Made by a program: the position numbers and the translations under genes
The notes under the pieces: generated by a model
What the model saw: the letters and a program-made list of their open reading frames with translations, nothing else
Database searches by the model: none
What the model was told of the DNA's origin: nothing
Shown: positions 10,481 through 22,383 of the stretch, piece by piece
How the letters are laid out: the number at the start of each line of letters is the position of its first letter
Numbering within the stretch: the stretch's first letter is position 1
From: Stenotrophomonas sp.
GTDB lineage: Bacteria; Pseudomonadota; Gammaproteobacteria; Xanthomonadales; Xanthomonadaceae
Length of the DNA stretch: 64,000 bases
NCBI GenBank assembly: GCA_036566925.1
Contig: DATCVI010000061.1
Span: forward strand, 19,338 to 83,337
Direction of reading: 5' to 3'

Positions 10481-10490
10481 GAATTCCGCA

Positions 10491-11408
10491 ATGAGTGCTT
10501 CCCAGGCGAGCCCGGCACGTGACCGGCTGCGAATCGCCATCCAAAAAAGCGGCCGCCTGGCCGAACCGGCGCGCAGCCTGCTGGCGGCCTGCGGGCTGAG
10601 CTGGCGGCAGAGCCGCGACAAGCTGTTCTGCTACGGCGAGTCGCTGCCGGTGGACCTGCTGCTGGTGCGCGACGACGACATCCCCGGGCTGATCGCCGAT
10701 GGCGTGTGCGATCTCGGCATCGTTGGCCGCAACGAACTCGACGAGCAGGCCGCCGAACGCCGCCGCAATGGTCTGCCCGATGCTTACCAGGCCCTGCGTG
10801 GCCTCGGCTTTGGCCAGTGCCGGCTGATGCTGGCGGTGCCGGAGGAATGGGAGTGGCAAGGCGTTGACCAGCTCGAAGGCCTGCGCATCGCCACCAGCTA
10901 CCCGGCGATCCTGGCCGGCTGGTTGGCGAGCCAGGGCGTGAACGCACAGGTGGTCGAACTGTCCGGCTCGGTCGAGATCGCCCCGCGCCTGGGCACCGCC
11001 GACCTGATCTGCGACCTGGTCTCCAGCGGCGCGACGCTTGCTGCCAACCAGCTCAAGCCGGTGGAGACCTTGCTCGAAAGCGAGGCCGTGCTGGCCGGCA
11101 ACACGCGCGAGCCCAACGATTTGCGCGCCGGCCTGCTGGCGATGCTGCTCAAGCGCATGGACGGCGTGCTGCACCAGCGCGACAGCAAGCTGCTGATGTT
11201 CCGCGCCGCCGGCGAGCAGCAGGTGGATGCGCTGCGCCGGTTGCTGCCCGATGCCGACCCGCTCGAACGCCTGCCCGACGACGGCAGCGGCGCATGGCGC
11301 CTGCAGACCATGTGCCACGGCGCGGTGACCTGGCAGCGCCTGGAAGAACTCGAACGGGCCGGCGCGCAGGGCCTCACCGTATTGACCGTGGAGCGCTCGC
11401 TGGCATGA
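10491..11408 (+). CDS. hisG: ATP phosphoribosyltransferase (long form)
   Basis: [12 protein letters not shown]...[11 protein letters not shown]...DLGIVG...DLVSSGATL. Internal ATG 10491 of track ORF 10377..11408. Confidence 0.95.
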   Translation: MSASQASPARDRLRIAIQKSGRLAEPARSLLAACGLSWRQSRDKLFCYGESLPVDLLLVRDDDIPGLIADGVCDLGIVGRNELDEQAAERRRNGLPDAYQALRGLGFGQCRLMLAVPEEWEWQGVDQLEGLRIATSYPAILAGWLASQGVNAQVVELSGSVEIAPRLGTADLICDLVSSGATLAANQLKPVETLLESEAVLAGNTREPNDLRAGLLAMLLKRMDGVLHQRDSKLLMFRAAGEQQVDALRRLLPDADPLERLPDDGSGAWRLQTMCHGAVTWQRLEELERAGAQGLTVLTVERSLA

Positions 11409-12724
11409 ACGACAACACTGCCATTGCCGGCCCGGTGCTGACCTGGTCGAAACTCGACGCCGAGGCACAGGCGCAGGCGCTCACGCGCCCGGTGCAAACC
11501 ATTGCCGCGCAGACCCGCAGCGCGGTCGCCGCGCTGATCGATGAAGTCCGCGCGCGCGGTGACCAGGCGCTGCGCGAGATCACCGCACGCTTCGATAACG
11601 TCGCCTTGGACGCGCTCGAAGTCGATGCGGCCGAATTCGCCGCCGCCGAAGCCGCCATCGAGCCGGCCTTGCGCCAGGCGATGGTCGAGGCCGCGCAACG
11701 TATCGAGCTGTTCCACCGCGCCGGCATGAGCGGCGACTACGCCGTCGAAACCGCGCCGGGCGTGGTCTGCGAAAAAGTGGTGCGGCCCATCGGCCGGGTG
11801 GGCCTGTACGTGCCGGCCGGCTCGGCGCCGTTGCCTTCGACCGCGCTGATGCTCGGCGTGCCTTCACGCCTGGCCGGCTGCCGCGAGGTCGTGCTGTGCA
11901 CGCCCCCGCGCCCCGACGGCAGCGCCGATCCGGCGGTCCTGGTGGCCGCGCGCCTGACCGGTGTGCGTCGGGTGTTCAAGCTCGGCGGCGCCCAGGCGAT
12001 CGCGGCGATGGCGTTCGGCAGCGAAAGCGTGCCGAGCTGCGACAAGCTGTTCGGACCGGGGAACAGTTTTGTTACCGAGGCCAAGCAGCAAGTGGCGCAA
12101 TCCGGTGCGGCGGCCATCGACATGCCGGCCGGCCCGTCCGAAGTGCTGGTGATCGCCGATGCCGGCGCCAACGCCGCGTTCGTCGCCGCCGATCTGTTGT
12201 CGCAGGCCGAGCATGGCCCCGATTCGCAGGTGCTGTTGCTGTCCGATAGCGCGGCGTTGATTGAGGCCGTGCAAGCGGAGCTGGCGCGCCAGCTGCCACA
12301 GTTGTCGCGTGCCGCCATCGCCACCCAGGCACTGGCGCAATCGCGCCTGGTCCTGGTCGATGCGTTGGCCGATGCGTTCGCGATCAGCAACCGCTACGCG
12401 CCAGAACACCTGATCCTGGCGCTACGCCAACCGCGCGACTGGCTGGAACAGGTCGAAGCCGCCGGCTCGGTGTTCCTCGGCGACTACACGCCCGAGGCGT
12501 TGGGCGACTACTGCAGCGGTACCAACCACGTGCTGCCGACCAGTGGCGCGGCGCGCGCTTACAGCGGGGTGAGCGTGGCCAGCTTCCAGAATTTCGTCAG
12601 CGTGCAGAGCGCCAGCCGCGCCGGCATCGCCGCGATCGGCGACTGCGCGCTGCGCCTGGCCCGCGCCGAAGGCCTGGACGCGCACGCCAACGCGGTGGCC
12701 TTGCGCATGGAGCAGGCGGCATGA
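11405..12724 (+). CDS. hisD: histidinol dehydrogenase
   Basis: ATGA overlap with the hisG stop. Motifs GLYVPGGSAPLPS-like ([14 protein letters not shown]), [10 protein letters not shown] and [10 protein letters not shown]. Confidence 0.95.
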   Translation: MNDNTAIAGPVLTWSKLDAEAQAQALTRPVQTIAAQTRSAVAALIDEVRARGDQALREITARFDNVALDALEVDAAEFAAAEAAIEPALRQAMVEAAQRIELFHRAGMSGDYAVETAPGVVCEKVVRPIGRVGLYVPAGSAPLPSTALMLGVPSRLAGCREVVLCTPPRPDGSADPAVLVAARLTGVRRVFKLGGAQAIAAMAFGSESVPSCDKLFGPGNSFVTEAKQQVAQSGAAAIDMPAGPSEVLVIADAGANAAFVAADLLSQAEHGPDSQVLLLSDSAALIEAVQAELARQLPQLSRAAIATQALAQSRLVLVDALADAFAISNRYAPEHLILALRQPRDWLEQVEAAGSVFLGDYTPEALGDYCSGTNHVLPTSGAARAYSGVSVASFQNFVSVQSASRAGIAAIGDCALRLARAEGLDAHANAVALRMEQAA

Positions 12725-13809
12725 GCGCTTCGGTTCTCGATCTGGTCCGCCCGGACCTGCGTGGCTTCGCCGGCTATTCGTCGGCCCGCAGCGCCAAGGT
12801 GCAAGGGGAGGTGTGGCTCAACGCCAACGAGTCGCCCTGGGCCAACCCGGCCGACCCGCAGGCAAGTTGCCGTCGCTATCCGTCGCCGCAACCGCAGCCC
12901 CTGCGCGAAGCGCTGGCGGCGCTGTATGGCTGCACGCCCGAACAATTGTTGATCGGGCGCGGCAGCGACGAGGCCATCGACCTGCTGGTGCGCGCGCTCT
13001 GCCGCCCGCGCCAGGATGCCGTGTTGGTGACGCCGCCGGTGTTCGGCATGTACGCGGTCAGCGCGCGTTTGCAGGAGGCGCCGCTGCGCGAGGTGCCCCT
13101 GCGCGACGGCGGCGATGGCCTGCTTGCCGATATCGGGGCGATCATCGCCACGGCCCAGTCGACGCAGGCGCGCATCGTGTTCCTGTGTTCACCGTCCAAT
13201 CCCGCCGGCTCGACGATCGCATTGGAGGACATCGAGCGCGTTGCCCGCGCCTTGCAAGGGCAGGCCCTGGTAGTGGTGGACGAGGCCTATGCCGAGTTTT
13301 CCGAGCAACCGTCGGCGGTGGGCCTGTTGCGTCGCTACGACAATCTCGCGGTGCTGCGCACATTGTCCAAGGCGCACGCGCTGGCGGCGGCGCGGATCGG
13401 CTGCGTCATCGCCGCGCCGGAATTGATCGCGGTGCTGCGCACGCTGCAGGCGCCGTATCCGGTGCCGCAGCCGTGCGCCGACCTGGCGCTGCAGGCGCTG
13501 GCGCCGGCTGCATTGGCCCGCACCAGCGAGCGCGTGACCGAGGTCCGGCGCGAGCGCAGCCGCCTGCAGGCAGCGCTGGCCACGGTACCCGGCGTGCGCC
13601 GCGTCTATCCTTCGCAAGGCAACTTCGTGCTGGTGCGTTTTGCCGATGCCGAAGCGGCCTGGCAGGCGCTGCTCGAAGCCGGCGTGGTGGTGCGCGACCA
13701 GCGCGGCGCGCCGCAGCTCGATGACGCGCTGCGCATCAGTATTGGAACGGCCGAGCAGAACGACCGCGTCCTGGTCGCACTCGGCGCGCGCCGGGAGCAG
13801 GCCGCATGA
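12721..13809 (+). CDS. hisC: histidinol-phosphate aminotransferase
   Basis: ATGA overlap with hisD. Class II aminotransferase with [15 protein letters not shown] and the PLP-lysine region [14 protein letters not shown]. Confidence 0.95.
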   Translation: MSASVLDLVRPDLRGFAGYSSARSAKVQGEVWLNANESPWANPADPQASCRRYPSPQPQPLREALAALYGCTPEQLLIGRGSDEAIDLLVRALCRPRQDAVLVTPPVFGMYAVSARLQEAPLREVPLRDGGDGLLADIGAIIATAQSTQARIVFLCSPSNPAGSTIALEDIERVARALQGQALVVVDEAYAEFSEQPSAVGLLRRYDNLAVLRTLSKAHALAAARIGCVIAAPELIAVLRTLQAPYPVPQPCADLALQALAPAALARTSERVTEVRRERSRLQAALATVPGVRRVYPSQGNFVLVRFADAEAAWQALLEAGVVVRDQRGAPQLDDALRISIGTAEQNDRVLVALGARREQAA

Positions 13810-14879
13810 AGCCGATCCTGTTCATCGACCGCGACGGCACCTTGATCGAAGAGCCGGCCGATTTCCAGATCGACGCCTACGACAAGCTGCGATTCGTACG
13901 CGGCTGCATTCCCGCGCTGCTGAAGCTGCGCGACGCGGGCTATGAGTTCGTCATCGTCAGCAACCAGGACGGCCTGGGCAGCGAGGCCTATCCGCAGGCC
14001 GCCTTCGACGGGCCGAACAACCTGATGCTGCAGATCTTCGAAAGCCAGGGAATTGTTTTCCGGGAAGTGCTGGTCGACTGCAGCTGGCCGGCCGACAACG
14101 CGCCCACGCGCAAGCCGGGTATCGGCCTGATGCTGGGCTACCTGCAGGACCGCAATATCGACTGGGCGCGCTCGGCGATGGTGGGCGACCGCCAGACTGA
14201 TATCCAGTTCGCCGACAACTTGCGCATCCGCGGCTTCCAGCTGCGTACCGAGCAATTCGGCGGCGAGTGGGACTGGGCCGGGATTGCGCATGAATTGGCC
14301 GACGCGCCGCGCCGCGCCATCGTCCAGCGCAATACCAAGGAGACGCGGATCCGGGTCGAGCTCGACCTCGACCGCGTCGCCGAGCCGCACACCGCCACCG
14401 GCCTGCCGTTCTTCGACCACATGCTCGAACAGATCGGCAAGCACGGCGGCTTCGCCCTGGATATCCGCGCCGAGGGCGATCTCCACATCGACGAGCACCA
14501 CACCATCGAAGACACCGGCCTGGCACTGGGCCAGGCGCTACGCGAAGCGCTGGGCGACAAACGCGGGATCGGCCGCTACGGCTTTACCTTGCCGATGGAC
14601 GAAGTCCTGGCCAGCGCGGCGCTGGATTTCAGCGGCCGCCCGTACTTCGTCTTCGAAGGAGACTTCCGCCGCGAGCGCGTTGGCGACATGCCCACCGAGC
14701 TGGTGCCGCACTTCTTCCGCTCGCTGTGCGATGCCGCCGGCTTGAACCTGCACCTGACGGTGCGAGGCGACAACGATCACCACAAGGTCGAAGGCTGCTT
14801 CAAGGCGCTGGCGCGCGCGCTGCGCCAGGCGATCCGTCGCGAAGGTACCGCGCTGCCTTCGACCAAGGGGGCGCTGTGA
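13806..14879 (+). CDS. hisB: bifunctional histidinol-phosphatase / imidazoleglycerol-phosphate dehydratase
   Basis: N-terminal HAD motif [10 protein letters not shown]-terminal IGPD motifs ([20 protein letters not shown]). ATGA overlap with hisC. Confidence 0.95.
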   Translation: MKPILFIDRDGTLIEEPADFQIDAYDKLRFVRGCIPALLKLRDAGYEFVIVSNQDGLGSEAYPQAAFDGPNNLMLQIFESQGIVFREVLVDCSWPADNAPTRKPGIGLMLGYLQDRNIDWARSAMVGDRQTDIQFADNLRIRGFQLRTEQFGGEWDWAGIAHELADAPRRAIVQRNTKETRIRVELDLDRVAEPHTATGLPFFDHMLEQIGKHGGFALDIRAEGDLHIDEHHTIEDTGLALGQALREALGDKRGIGRYGFTLPMDEVLASAALDFSGRPYFVFEGDFRRERVGDMPTELVPHFFRSLCDAAGLNLHLTVRGDNDHHKVEGCFKALARALRQAIRREGTALPSTKGAL

Positions 14880-15475
14880 GCGAGGTCGCACTGATCGATG
14901 CCGGCGGCGCCAACCTCGGCTCGGTGCGCTACGCGCTGGAGCGGCTCGGCGTGCAGGCCACGCTGGTGCGCGATGCCGCCGCGCTGGCGGGTGCGCGCCG
15001 GGTGATCCTGCCGGGCGTGGGTGCCGCACCGGAAGCGATGCGGCGGCTGCATGCGCAAGGCTTGGTTGAACCGCTGCGGCAATTGCAGGTGCCGCTGATC
15101 GGCATCTGCCTGGGCATGCAGTTGCTGTACGAGCGCTCGGAAGAGGGCGATGTCGAGTGCCTCGGCCTGCTGCCTGGGGTGGTCCGGCGCCTGCATCCGG
15201 CATTGGGTATCCGGGTGCCGCACATGGGCTGGAATCGCCTGTTGCCGATGCGCGAATCGCCGTTGCTGGCCGACCTGCCCGAGCGTGCCCATGCGTACTT
15301 CGTCCACAGCTACGCCGCGCCAGTGACCGCCGACACCGTGGCCGCCTGCGACCACGGCGGGCTGTTCACCGCGGTGGTGGCGCACGGTCAATACGCGGGC
15401 GCGCAATTCCATCCGGAGCGTTCGGCCGAGACCGGCGCGCGCATCCTGCGCAATTTTCTTGAGATGCCTGCATGA
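14876..15475 (+). CDS. hisH: imidazole glycerol phosphate synthase, glutaminase subunit
   Basis: GTG 14876 overlaps the hisB stop (GTGA). The GATase1 motif GICLGMQLL and FHPERS are present. Confidence 0.93.
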   Translation: MSEVALIDAGGANLGSVRYALERLGVQATLVRDAAALAGARRVILPGVGAAPEAMRRLHAQGLVEPLRQLQVPLIGICLGMQLLYERSEEGDVECLGLLPGVVRRLHPALGIRVPHMGWNRLLPMRESPLLADLPERAHAYFVHSYAAPVTADTVAACDHGGLFTAVVAHGQYAGAQFHPERSAETGARILRNFLEMPA

Positions 15476-16203
15476 GTTTTACTGTCTATCCCGCATTGGA
15501 TATCCGCGACGGCCGCGTGGTGCGGTTGCTACAGGGCGACTACGCGCGCCAGACCACTTACGGCGACGATCCGCTGCCGCGCGCGCAGGAGTTCCTGGCG
15601 GCGGGCGCGCGGTGGATGCACCTGGTCGACCTGGATGCCGCGCGCGCCGGCGGCTACACCCTGGCGCCGCTGTTGCGTGCGATCGCCGACACCGGGCTGC
15701 AAGTACAGACCGGCGGTGGCGTGCGGGCGCGCGATGACGTGCTGCGTTTGTTCGACGCCGGCGCCGCACGCGTGGTGGTCGGTTCGCTGGCGGTGCGCGA
15801 GAGCGCGGCGGTGATCGGCTGGCTGCATGAGTTCGGCCCCGAACGCATCACCGTCGCCCTGGACACGCGCCAGGACGAGCAGGGCAACTGGCGCCTGCCG
15901 GTGCAGGGCTGGACCGATACCGCAGGCGAGGAGCTGGATGTGCTGGCGCGGCGCTACGCCGATGCCGGTCTGCGCCACCTGCTGTGCACCGACATCGCCC
16001 GCGACGGCATGCTCTCCGGCCCCAACATGGACCTCTACGCGCAGCTGCGGCAGTGGGTGCCGGCGTTGCAGGTGCAGGTCTCCGGCGGCGTGCGCGACCT
16101 CGGCGATGTCGCCGCCGCGCGCGCGGCCGGTTGCGCCGGCGTGGTGCTGGGCAAGGCGCTGCTCGAAGGCCGCCTGGTTCTGGACGAGGCCCTGGCATGT
16201 TGA
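15472..16203 (+). CDS. hisA: 1-(5-phosphoribosyl)-5-[(5-phosphoribosylamino)methylideneamino]imidazole-4-carboxamide isomerase
   Basis: [18 protein letters not shown] and [15 protein letters not shown] overlap with hisH. Confidence 0.95.
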   Translation: MSFTVYPALDIRDGRVVRLLQGDYARQTTYGDDPLPRAQEFLAAGARWMHLVDLDAARAGGYTLAPLLRAIADTGLQVQTGGGVRARDDVLRLFDAGAARVVVGSLAVRESAAVIGWLHEFGPERITVALDTRQDEQGNWRLPVQGWTDTAGEELDVLARRYADAGLRHLLCTDIARDGMLSGPNMDLYAQLRQWVPALQVQVSGGVRDLGDVAAARAAGCAGVVLGKALLEGRLVLDEALAC

Positions 16204-16973
16204 GCCGCCGCATCATTCCCTGCCTGGACGTGCGCGATGGCCGCGTGGTCAAGGGCGTGCGCTTCCGCGATCACGTCGACATGGGCGATATCGTCGAGCT
16301 TGCGCTGCGCTATCGCGACCAGGGCGCCGATGAGCTGGTGTTCTACGACATTGGCGCCAGTCCGCAGGGCCGCTCGGTGGACTACCACTGGGTCGAGCGG
16401 GTGGCACGCCTGATCGATATTCCGTTCTGCGTGGCCGGCGGTATCGGCGATGTGGAGACGGCGCGCGCGGTGCTGCATGCCGGTGCCGACAAGATTTCGA
16501 TCAACTCGCCGGCGCTCGGCCGGCCGCAGCTGATCAGCGAGTTGGCCGAGGCGTTCGGCGAGCAATGCGTGGTGATCGGCATCGACTCGGTGCGCGAAGT
16601 CGATGGGCAGTGGCGCGTGCGCCGCTTCACCGGCGACCCCGACAAGACCCAGGCGCTGCCGATTCGCACCCTGGACTGGATCGACGAAGTGCAGCGCCTG
16701 GGAGCCGGCGAGATCGTGCTCAACTGCATGGACAACGACGGCGTTCGGCGGGGCTACGACCTGGTGCAGTTGACGCAGGCGCGGGCGCGTTGTCGTGTGC
16801 CGCTGGTCGCCTCGGGTGGCGCCGGCGAGATGGCGCACTTCGCCGACGCCTTCGAACAAGCCGATGTCGATGGCGCGTTGGCGGCGAGCGTTTTCCACGG
16901 CGGCGCGATCGCCATTCCCGAACTCAAGCGCTATCTGCGCGAACGCCAGATCGAGGTGCGTGATGGCCAGTGA
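16197..16973 (+). CDS. hisF: imidazole glycerol phosphate synthase, cyclase subunit
   Basis: [22 protein letters not shown] and SGGAG. The start overlaps the hisA 3' end. Confidence 0.95.
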   Translation: MLSRRIIPCLDVRDGRVVKGVRFRDHVDMGDIVELALRYRDQGADELVFYDIGASPQGRSVDYHWVERVARLIDIPFCVAGGIGDVETARAVLHAGADKISINSPALGRPQLISELAEAFGEQCVVIGIDSVREVDGQWRVRRFTGDPDKTQALPIRTLDWIDEVQRLGAGEIVLNCMDNDGVRRGYDLVQLTQARARCRVPLVASGGAGEMAHFADAFEQADVDGALAASVFHGGAIAIPELKRYLRERQIEVRDGQ

Positions 16974-17565
16974 AGCAACCGATGCGCTCGACTGGGGCAA
17001 GGGAGATGGCCTGCTGCCGGTGATCGTGCAGGACGCGGACAACTTGCGCGTGCTCATGCTGGGCTACATGAATTCCGAAGCCCTGGCCGCGACTCGCGCC
17101 AGCGGCCAGGTCACGTTCTACAGCCGCAGCAAGCAGCGCCTGTGGACCAAGGGTGAAAGCTCGGGCCACTTCCTGGAGGTCGTCAGCATCGACGCCGACT
17201 GCGACGCCGATACGCTGCTGATCCTGGCCCATCCGCGCGGCCCCACGTGCCATCTCGGTCGCGACAGCTGCTTTGAGCAGGCGCCGGCGAACTTCCTCGG
17301 TAGTCTCGACGCCCTGGTCGCCACGCGCGAACGCGAACGGCCGGTGGGCAGCTACACCACCACGCTGTTCGACAAAGGCACCCGACGCATCGCGCAGAAG
17401 GTGGGCGAGGAGGGCGTGGAGACGGCGTTGGCCGCCGTGGCCCAAGGCGACGAAGAGCTGCTGGGCGAATCGGCCGATCTGCTTTATCACTTGCTGGTGC
17501 TGCTGCGCGCGCGCGGACTGGGTTTGCGCGATGTGCTCGGCGTGCTGGAAGCGCGGCATCGCTGA
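16963..17565 (+). CDS. hisIE: bifunctional phosphoribosyl-AMP cyclohydrolase / phosphoribosyl-ATP diphosphatase
   Basis: [22 protein letters not shown]...[18 protein letters not shown], then the PRA-PH part ([17 protein letters not shown]). It overlaps hisF by 11 nt. Confidence 0.93.
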   Translation: MASEATDALDWGKGDGLLPVIVQDADNLRVLMLGYMNSEALAATRASGQVTFYSRSKQRLWTKGESSGHFLEVVSIDADCDADTLLILAHPRGPTCHLGRDSCFEQAPANFLGSLDALVATRERERPVGSYTTTLFDKGTRRIAQKVGEEGVETALAAVAQGDEELLGESADLLYHLLVLLRARGLGLRDVLGVLEARHR

Positions 17566-17632
17566 AGCCTGGGCCGCGGGACTGTCATTGGCCAGGCGCT
17601 ACAATCGCCGCCTGTCTTGGGCGGGGACGCAA

Positions 17633-19210
17633 ATGAAACCAGGTTGGACCTTGGCGTGGCTGGCGGCGCTGTTGTGCGTCGGCAGTGCGCAGGCCGCACA
17701 GAGCGTGGCCACCGGCACCGTGTACGAGATGCGAGAGGGCCGCAGCGCCGGGCGCGGCCTGGCCGGGGTGCAGGTCTCCAACGGCGAGGCGATCGTGGCC
17801 ACCGACGCGCAAGGGCGTTACCGCCTGCCCGTGCGCGATGGCCAGGTCGTGTTCGTGATCAAGCCGGACGGCTACCAGTTCACGCCGGGGGCCGATGGCC
17901 TGCCGGCGTTCTGGCGCCTGTATGCGCCGCAGGGCGGCCCTCGCCTGAAATACGCCACCGCACGCCCCAGCGGCGCCGACGCAAGCACCTGGGATTTCAG
18001 CCTGCGCCGCGAAGCACCGGTGGAGAATGACGATTTTCAGATGCTGGTGTTCTCCGACTCGCAAACTGCGAGCCCTGCCGACGTCGGCTATTACGCCAAG
18101 GACATCGTCGCGCCGTTGCGCGGCAAGACCCGGGCGCGCCTGGGCACGACCTTGGGCGACCTGGTCTCCGACGACCTGAGCCTGTATCCAGCACTGAACC
18201 AGGTCACCACCCAATTGCAGGTGCCGTGGTTCCACGTGCCCGGCAACCACGACCTCAACGCAGATGCCCCCGACGATGCGGCCTCGCTCAGCAGCTGGCG
18301 CGCGGTCTACGGCCCGGACACCTACGCGGTGAACGAGCACGGCGCCAGCTTCGTGTTCCTGGACGACGTGGTATTCCAGCCCGGCACCAAACCCGGCTAC
18401 ATCGGTGGCCTGCGCGAAGACCAGTTCGCTTTCCTGCAGGCTTACCTGGGCACGCTGCGCAAGGACCGGCTGTTGGTGCTGGGCATGCATATTCCGTTGT
18501 TCGACGCCGCGCCCGGCCGCGAAACTTTTCGTCATGCCGACCGGACACGCTTGTTCGCGCTGTTGCGCGAGTTCCCGCACGTGCTGGTGCTCAGCGGTCA
18601 CAGCCACACCCAGCAGCACTACTACCACGGCGCCGACGAAGGCTGGACTGGTGCGGCGCCGTTGCATGAATACAACGTCGGCGCGGCCTGCGGTGCGTTC
18701 TGGTCGGGGGTCAAGGATGCCGCCGGGATTCCCGATGCCACGATGTCCGACGGCACGCCCAACGGATATGCCGTGCTCAGCGTGCGCAAGGGCGGGGCGT
18801 ACGCACTGGATTACCACGCCGCTCGCGACCCGGACGACGCCCAGCTCTCCCTGCATGCGCCGAAAGTGCTGCGCCAGGGGGCGTATCCCGCCTGGGGGGT
18901 GTTCGCCAACGTCTTCATGGGCGAGGACGACAGCGTGGTGGAGTACCGCGTCGATGGCGGCGAATGGAAGCCGATGAAGCGCGTCGTGCAGCCCGATCCA
19001 CGGGTGCAACTGGAAAATGGGCGCGACGACCTCGCCGAACAGCTGCGCGGTTTCGATCGTTCCCCCGAAGCCACCCCGTCAACGCATTTGTGGCGCGGCG
19101 CGTTGCCGACCGATCTTGCGGTGGGCGAGCACGAGGTGGAAGTGCGGGCGCGGTTGCCGAACCGGGAAGCGACGGCGAAGACGCGGTATCGGTTGGCTGC
19201 GGCGGAGTGA
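17633..19210 (+). CDS. secreted calcineurin-like metallophosphoesterase (N-terminal beta-sandwich, MPP and C-terminal domains)
   Basis: Signal peptide MKPGWTLAWLAALLCVGSAQA. Metallophosphatase motifs are present (VFSDSQ, GDLVSDD, GNHD, GMHIP, LSGHSH). Confidence 0.88.
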   Translation: MKPGWTLAWLAALLCVGSAQAAQSVATGTVYEMREGRSAGRGLAGVQVSNGEAIVATDAQGRYRLPVRDGQVVFVIKPDGYQFTPGADGLPAFWRLYAPQGGPRLKYATARPSGADASTWDFSLRREAPVENDDFQMLVFSDSQTASPADVGYYAKDIVAPLRGKTRARLGTTLGDLVSDDLSLYPALNQVTTQLQVPWFHVPGNHDLNADAPDDAASLSSWRAVYGPDTYAVNEHGASFVFLDDVVFQPGTKPGYIGGLREDQFAFLQAYLGTLRKDRLLVLGMHIPLFDAAPGRETFRHADRTRLFALLREFPHVLVLSGHSHTQQHYYHGADEGWTGAAPLHEYNVGAACGAFWSGVKDAAGIPDATMSDGTPNGYAVLSVRKGGAYALDYHAARDPDDAQLSLHAPKVLRQGAYPAWGVFANVFMGEDDSVVEYRVDGGEWKPMKRVVQPDPRVQLENGRDDLAEQLRGFDRSPEATPSTHLWRGALPTDLAVGEHEVEVRARLPNREATAKTRYRLAAAE

Positions 19211-19217
19211 GCACAGC

Positions 19218-19244
19218 AAAACGCCTCCGCGAGGGAGGCGTTTT
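19218..19244. terminator. bidirectional Rho-independent terminator between convergent genes
   Basis: AAAACGCCTCC-GCGA-GGGAGGCGTTTT: a perfect GC stem flanked by an A-run and a T-run. Confidence 0.85.
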
Positions 19245-19366
19245 GCGAATGATCTGGCGGGCGCGCGATGGCTGGCGGGCTGGATCGGTACCGCGGCTGG
19301 CGATGGCTGGCGCGGTAGGGCGATTCTAGGGACTCGCCCGGCGCCATGGCGGAATGCGAATTCCTC

Positions 19367-20314
19367 TCATCGAGACGGCTGCACGCTGGCGGCGCGGTCT
19401 TCGTTCGACGCCACCGACGGATACGGATAAGGCACCGCCGGGCCGACCTGCAGCCCTGCGCGCCAACGCGCCAGGGTCGCGCCGATGCGCTTGCCCTGCG
19501 AGAGCTGCGGCAACGAAGGCAGCTCGCCTTCGCTACGCTCGCGCGTGGTGATCGCAGCGGCCGCCAAGCGGTAGGCGGCGACGAAATCGTCGGTCTGGTT
19601 CATCGCTTCCACCAGCCAGGCTTGGCCGAAGTAGGTGGCGTTGGCGGTATTGCCGCAGCCGAACGAGGGCCGGTCGGCGCGCGCGGCGGTGATGACCAGT
19701 GTGTCGGCGGAGCGCAGGCGGGGAATAAAGCCGCCGGAGTAGCACGCCGACAGCACGATGACCCGATGCACGATGCCGGCGTCGTCCAGGGCCTGGCGCA
19801 GGTCTTCGGGGGTGATGTAGTCATAGCCATCGGGCCCGGCGTCCACGTACAGCGTGTGGTCTTCGGTGCCGTGGGTAGAGGCGAACAGCAGCAGGATGTC
19901 CTCGTCGCGGTCCATCAGCGCGCCGATCCGCGCCAGGCTGTCATAGAGGTTGTCGTAGGTCGCCATCGGCGCATAGCGGTGCGCGTCGAGGTTGTCCGGC
20001 GCGTTGACCAGCGCCACCGCGTGGCCCGGGGTGTCGAAGCGACGGCTGAACATCTGCCGCAGGTACAGCACTTCGTTGCGGAATACCGGGTCGCTGGCAT
20101 CGCCGGCAAAACCGAGCACGTACAGGTCGCTGATGCCGGGGCGCTGCGGGCGCAAGGCCGACAAGGCCTGGGCGAGCTGGGCTTGGTCCAGCGGATCGGG
20201 CGCAACCGTCTCTTCCGCAGTGGCGCTCGCCGCGGGCGGCGAAGCCGCGCCGGTCAGCGCGAAGGCCGGCAACAGCGCGAGCAGCGCAAACAGAAGGCGG
20301 GGCAGCGGACGCAT
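19367..20314 (-). CDS. peptidase C13 (legumain-like) family protein, secreted
   Basis: Signal peptide MRPLPRLLFALLALLPAFA. The catalytic His-Gly (FASTHG) and Cys (VLSACYSGGF) contexts are typical of clan CD C13 peptidases. Confidence 0.8.
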   Translation of the reverse strand: MRPLPRLLFALLALLPAFALTGAASPPAASATAEETVAPDPLDQAQLAQALSALRPQRPGISDLYVLGFAGDASDPVFRNEVLYLRQMFSRRFDTPGHAVALVNAPDNLDAHRYAPMATYDNLYDSLARIGALMDRDEDILLLFASTHGTEDHTLYVDAGPDGYDYITPEDLRQALDDAGIVHRVIVLSACYSGGFIPRLRSADTLVITAARADRPSFGCGNTANATYFGQAWLVEAMNQTDDFVAAYRLAAAAITTRERSEGELPSLPQLSQGKRIGATLARWRAGLQVGPAVPYPYPSVASNEDRAASVQPSR

Positions 20315-20367
20315 GGGGGTGCGCAGGAGCAGGCGCCGGTGCCGACGATGGGCACCGACGCGGTGGC

Positions 20368-21069
20368 TCAGCCGAAAACGATCTGGTCGAACGCTTCCAC
20401 GCGCTGGTGCTTGCCCACTTCCAGGCCGCTGCGCGGGGTCGGGTAGTCGGACAGTCGGTCCAGCAGCGCGGTGTGCATGCCGGCGCGGCCGGCGGCGTCC
20501 AGTTCCTCGACCACGTCGGACAGGAACAGGATCTGCGGCGCCGGCAAGCCGATGCTCTCTGCGATCTTGCGATAGCTGTTGCTCTCGCGCTTGCCGCCGA
20601 TCTGGGTATCGAACCAGCCGGAGATCAAACCGGTGAGGTCACCGGCATCGCTATGGGCGAAGAACAGCTTCTGCGCCGGCACCGAGCCGGAGGAATACAC
20701 GTACAGCGGGATGCCCGCTTCGTGCCAGGCGCGCAGGCGCTGCGCCGCATCGGGATAGATATGGGCGGTGAAGTCGGCATCGCGGTAGCCGGCCTCCCAG
20801 ATCATGCCTTCCAGCGCTTTCAGCGCGGTGGTCTTGCGGTCTTCGTCGATCCAGCGCTGCAGGGTCAGCACCAGGGTGTCGTCGTCGGCTTCCTCGCCGA
20901 TTTCATCGGCCACCTGGTTGAGCCAGTGTCGCACCTGCGGGTGGCCGCCATGCTCGCGCACGAACTTGGGCAGTTCGCGCCGCGCATAAGGAAACAATAC
21001 GTCCTTGACGAACGAGATGCTGCTGGTGGTGCCTTCGATATCGGTCAGGATCGCCTGCGGTTGGGTCAT
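20368..21069 (-). CDS. mtnC: acireductone synthase (enolase-phosphatase E1)
   Basis: [24 protein letters not shown] is the HAD motif of MtnC. It sits downstream of mtnD and mtnB. Confidence 0.93.
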   Translation of the reverse strand: MTQPQAILTDIEGTTSSISFVKDVLFPYARRELPKFVREHGGHPQVRHWLNQVADEIGEEADDDTLVLTLQRWIDEDRKTTALKALEGMIWEAGYRDADFTAHIYPDAAQRLRAWHEAGIPLYVYSSGSVPAQKLFFAHSDAGDLTGLISGWFDTQIGGKRESNSYRKIAESIGLPAPQILFLSDVVEELDAAGRAGMHTALLDRLSDYPTPRSGLEVGKHQRVEAFDQIVFG

Positions 21070-21071
21070 CG

Positions 21072-21632
21072 TCAGCTCGCCTTTCTCTCGGGTTGGTAGC
21101 GGGGGAACTGTCGTGCGATTTCAGTGCCGGTGAAGTGTCCGACCCAGCCATCGGGCTCGGTGAAGAAGCGGATCGCCACGAAGTACGGCTCGGCGCCCAT
21201 GTCGAACCAGTGCTTGGTGCCGTCGGGCACGGCGATCAGGTCGTCCTTCACGCACTCGATCTCGTAGACCTTGTCGTCCACGTGCAGGGTGAACATCCCC
21301 GAGCCGGCGACGAAGAAGCGCACCTCGTCTTCCTTATGGAAGTGCTCGTCGAGGAACTTGGCGCGCATTTCCTCGCGCTTGGGGTTGTCCGGGGCGATGG
21401 AGACCACGTCCACGGTCTTGAAGCCGTGCTGGGCCACCAGACGGTCGATGTCGGCGCGATAGGCGGCCATCACCTGCTCGGGCGTAGCGCCCGGCGCGAT
21501 CGGTTGGTTGGCCTGCCAACGCTCGAAGGACACGCCGATCTTGTTCAGTTCGGCGGCGATGGCGTCGCCGTCCTGGCTATCGAAGACCGGGGTGTCGGGG
21601 GCGGTGTCGGCGTAGATGCGGAGTCTGCTCAT
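21072..21632 (-). CDS. mtnD: acireductone dioxygenase (cupin)
   Basis: [26 protein letters not shown]...[12 protein letters not shown] is the ARD cupin signature. Confidence 0.93.
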   Translation of the reverse strand: MSRLRIYADTAPDTPVFDSQDGDAIAAELNKIGVSFERWQANQPIAPGATPEQVMAAYRADIDRLVAQHGFKTVDVVSIAPDNPKREEMRAKFLDEHFHKEDEVRFFVAGSGMFTLHVDDKVYEIECVKDDLIAVPDGTKHWFDMGAEPYFVAIRFFTEPDGWVGHFTGTEIARQFPRYQPERKAS

Positions 21633-21667
21633 GGCGGCGGCGTTTGAGAGGGGGGATAGCGTGGGAG

Positions 21668-22321
21668 TCAGCGCGGACCGCGCAGCTTGCGCAGCTCCAG
21701 CTCGCAGTGGAACAGGAACTCGAAGGCCTCGAGGTGGCGGCGCGCCTCGGCCATGTTACGGCCCCAGGCATACAGCCCATGTCCATCGATGAGATACCCC
21801 CACATGCACTGTTTGTCCAGCAGGGCATCCACCTGGGCGGCGAGCACGTCCATGTCCTGGGTGTTGGCGAACACCGGCACGTCGATGGCCATCTCGTGGG
21901 TGCGGTTGCCCTCGAAGGCCTTCAATAGCTCGTAGCCCTCCAGGCGGATATGGCCCTGGTCGGCGTACAGGCGCGAAGCCACCGTCTGCACCGGCGAGTG
22001 GGTGTGCAGCACGCAGCCGATTTCCGGGTAGCGCCGGTACAACTGCGTGTGCAGCAGGGTTTCGGCCGACGGCCGCAACTGGCGGCCGACCGGGCGGCCA
22101 TCGAAGTCCACCACCATGATGTCGTCTTCGACCAGCCGGCCCTTGTCGCGGCCGGAGACGGTGATGGCCGCGTGCTGGTCGTCCAGGCGGTGCGAGAAGT
22201 TGCTGCTGGTGGCCGGGGTCCAGCCCGATTGGGCCAGCTCGCGGATATTGCCGATCAGCAGCTGCGCCAGCTCGTGCAGGCGCGTGGTGCTGTAGGGGAC
22301 GGAAGTCTGGTTCATGGCCAT
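21668..22321 (-). CDS. mtnB: methylthioribulose-1-phosphate dehydratase (class II aldolase fold)
   Basis: [11 protein letters not shown]...ITVSGRDKG...CVLHTHS. It is the first gene of the mtnBDC string. Confidence 0.92.
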   Translation of the reverse strand: MAMNQTSVPYSTTRLHELAQLLIGNIRELAQSGWTPATSSNFSHRLDDQHAAITVSGRDKGRLVEDDIMVVDFDGRPVGRQLRPSAETLLHTQLYRRYPEIGCVLHTHSPVQTVASRLYADQGHIRLEGYELLKAFEGNRTHEMAIDVPVFANTQDMDVLAAQVDALLDKQCMWGYLIDGHGLYAWGRNMAEARRHLEAFEFLFHCELELRKLRGPR

Positions 22322-22383
22322 ATTCTATGGCTTTCACCGCGACGGCGGAGTCAGCGCCACCGTCGCGGGCCGCACACCGCGGC

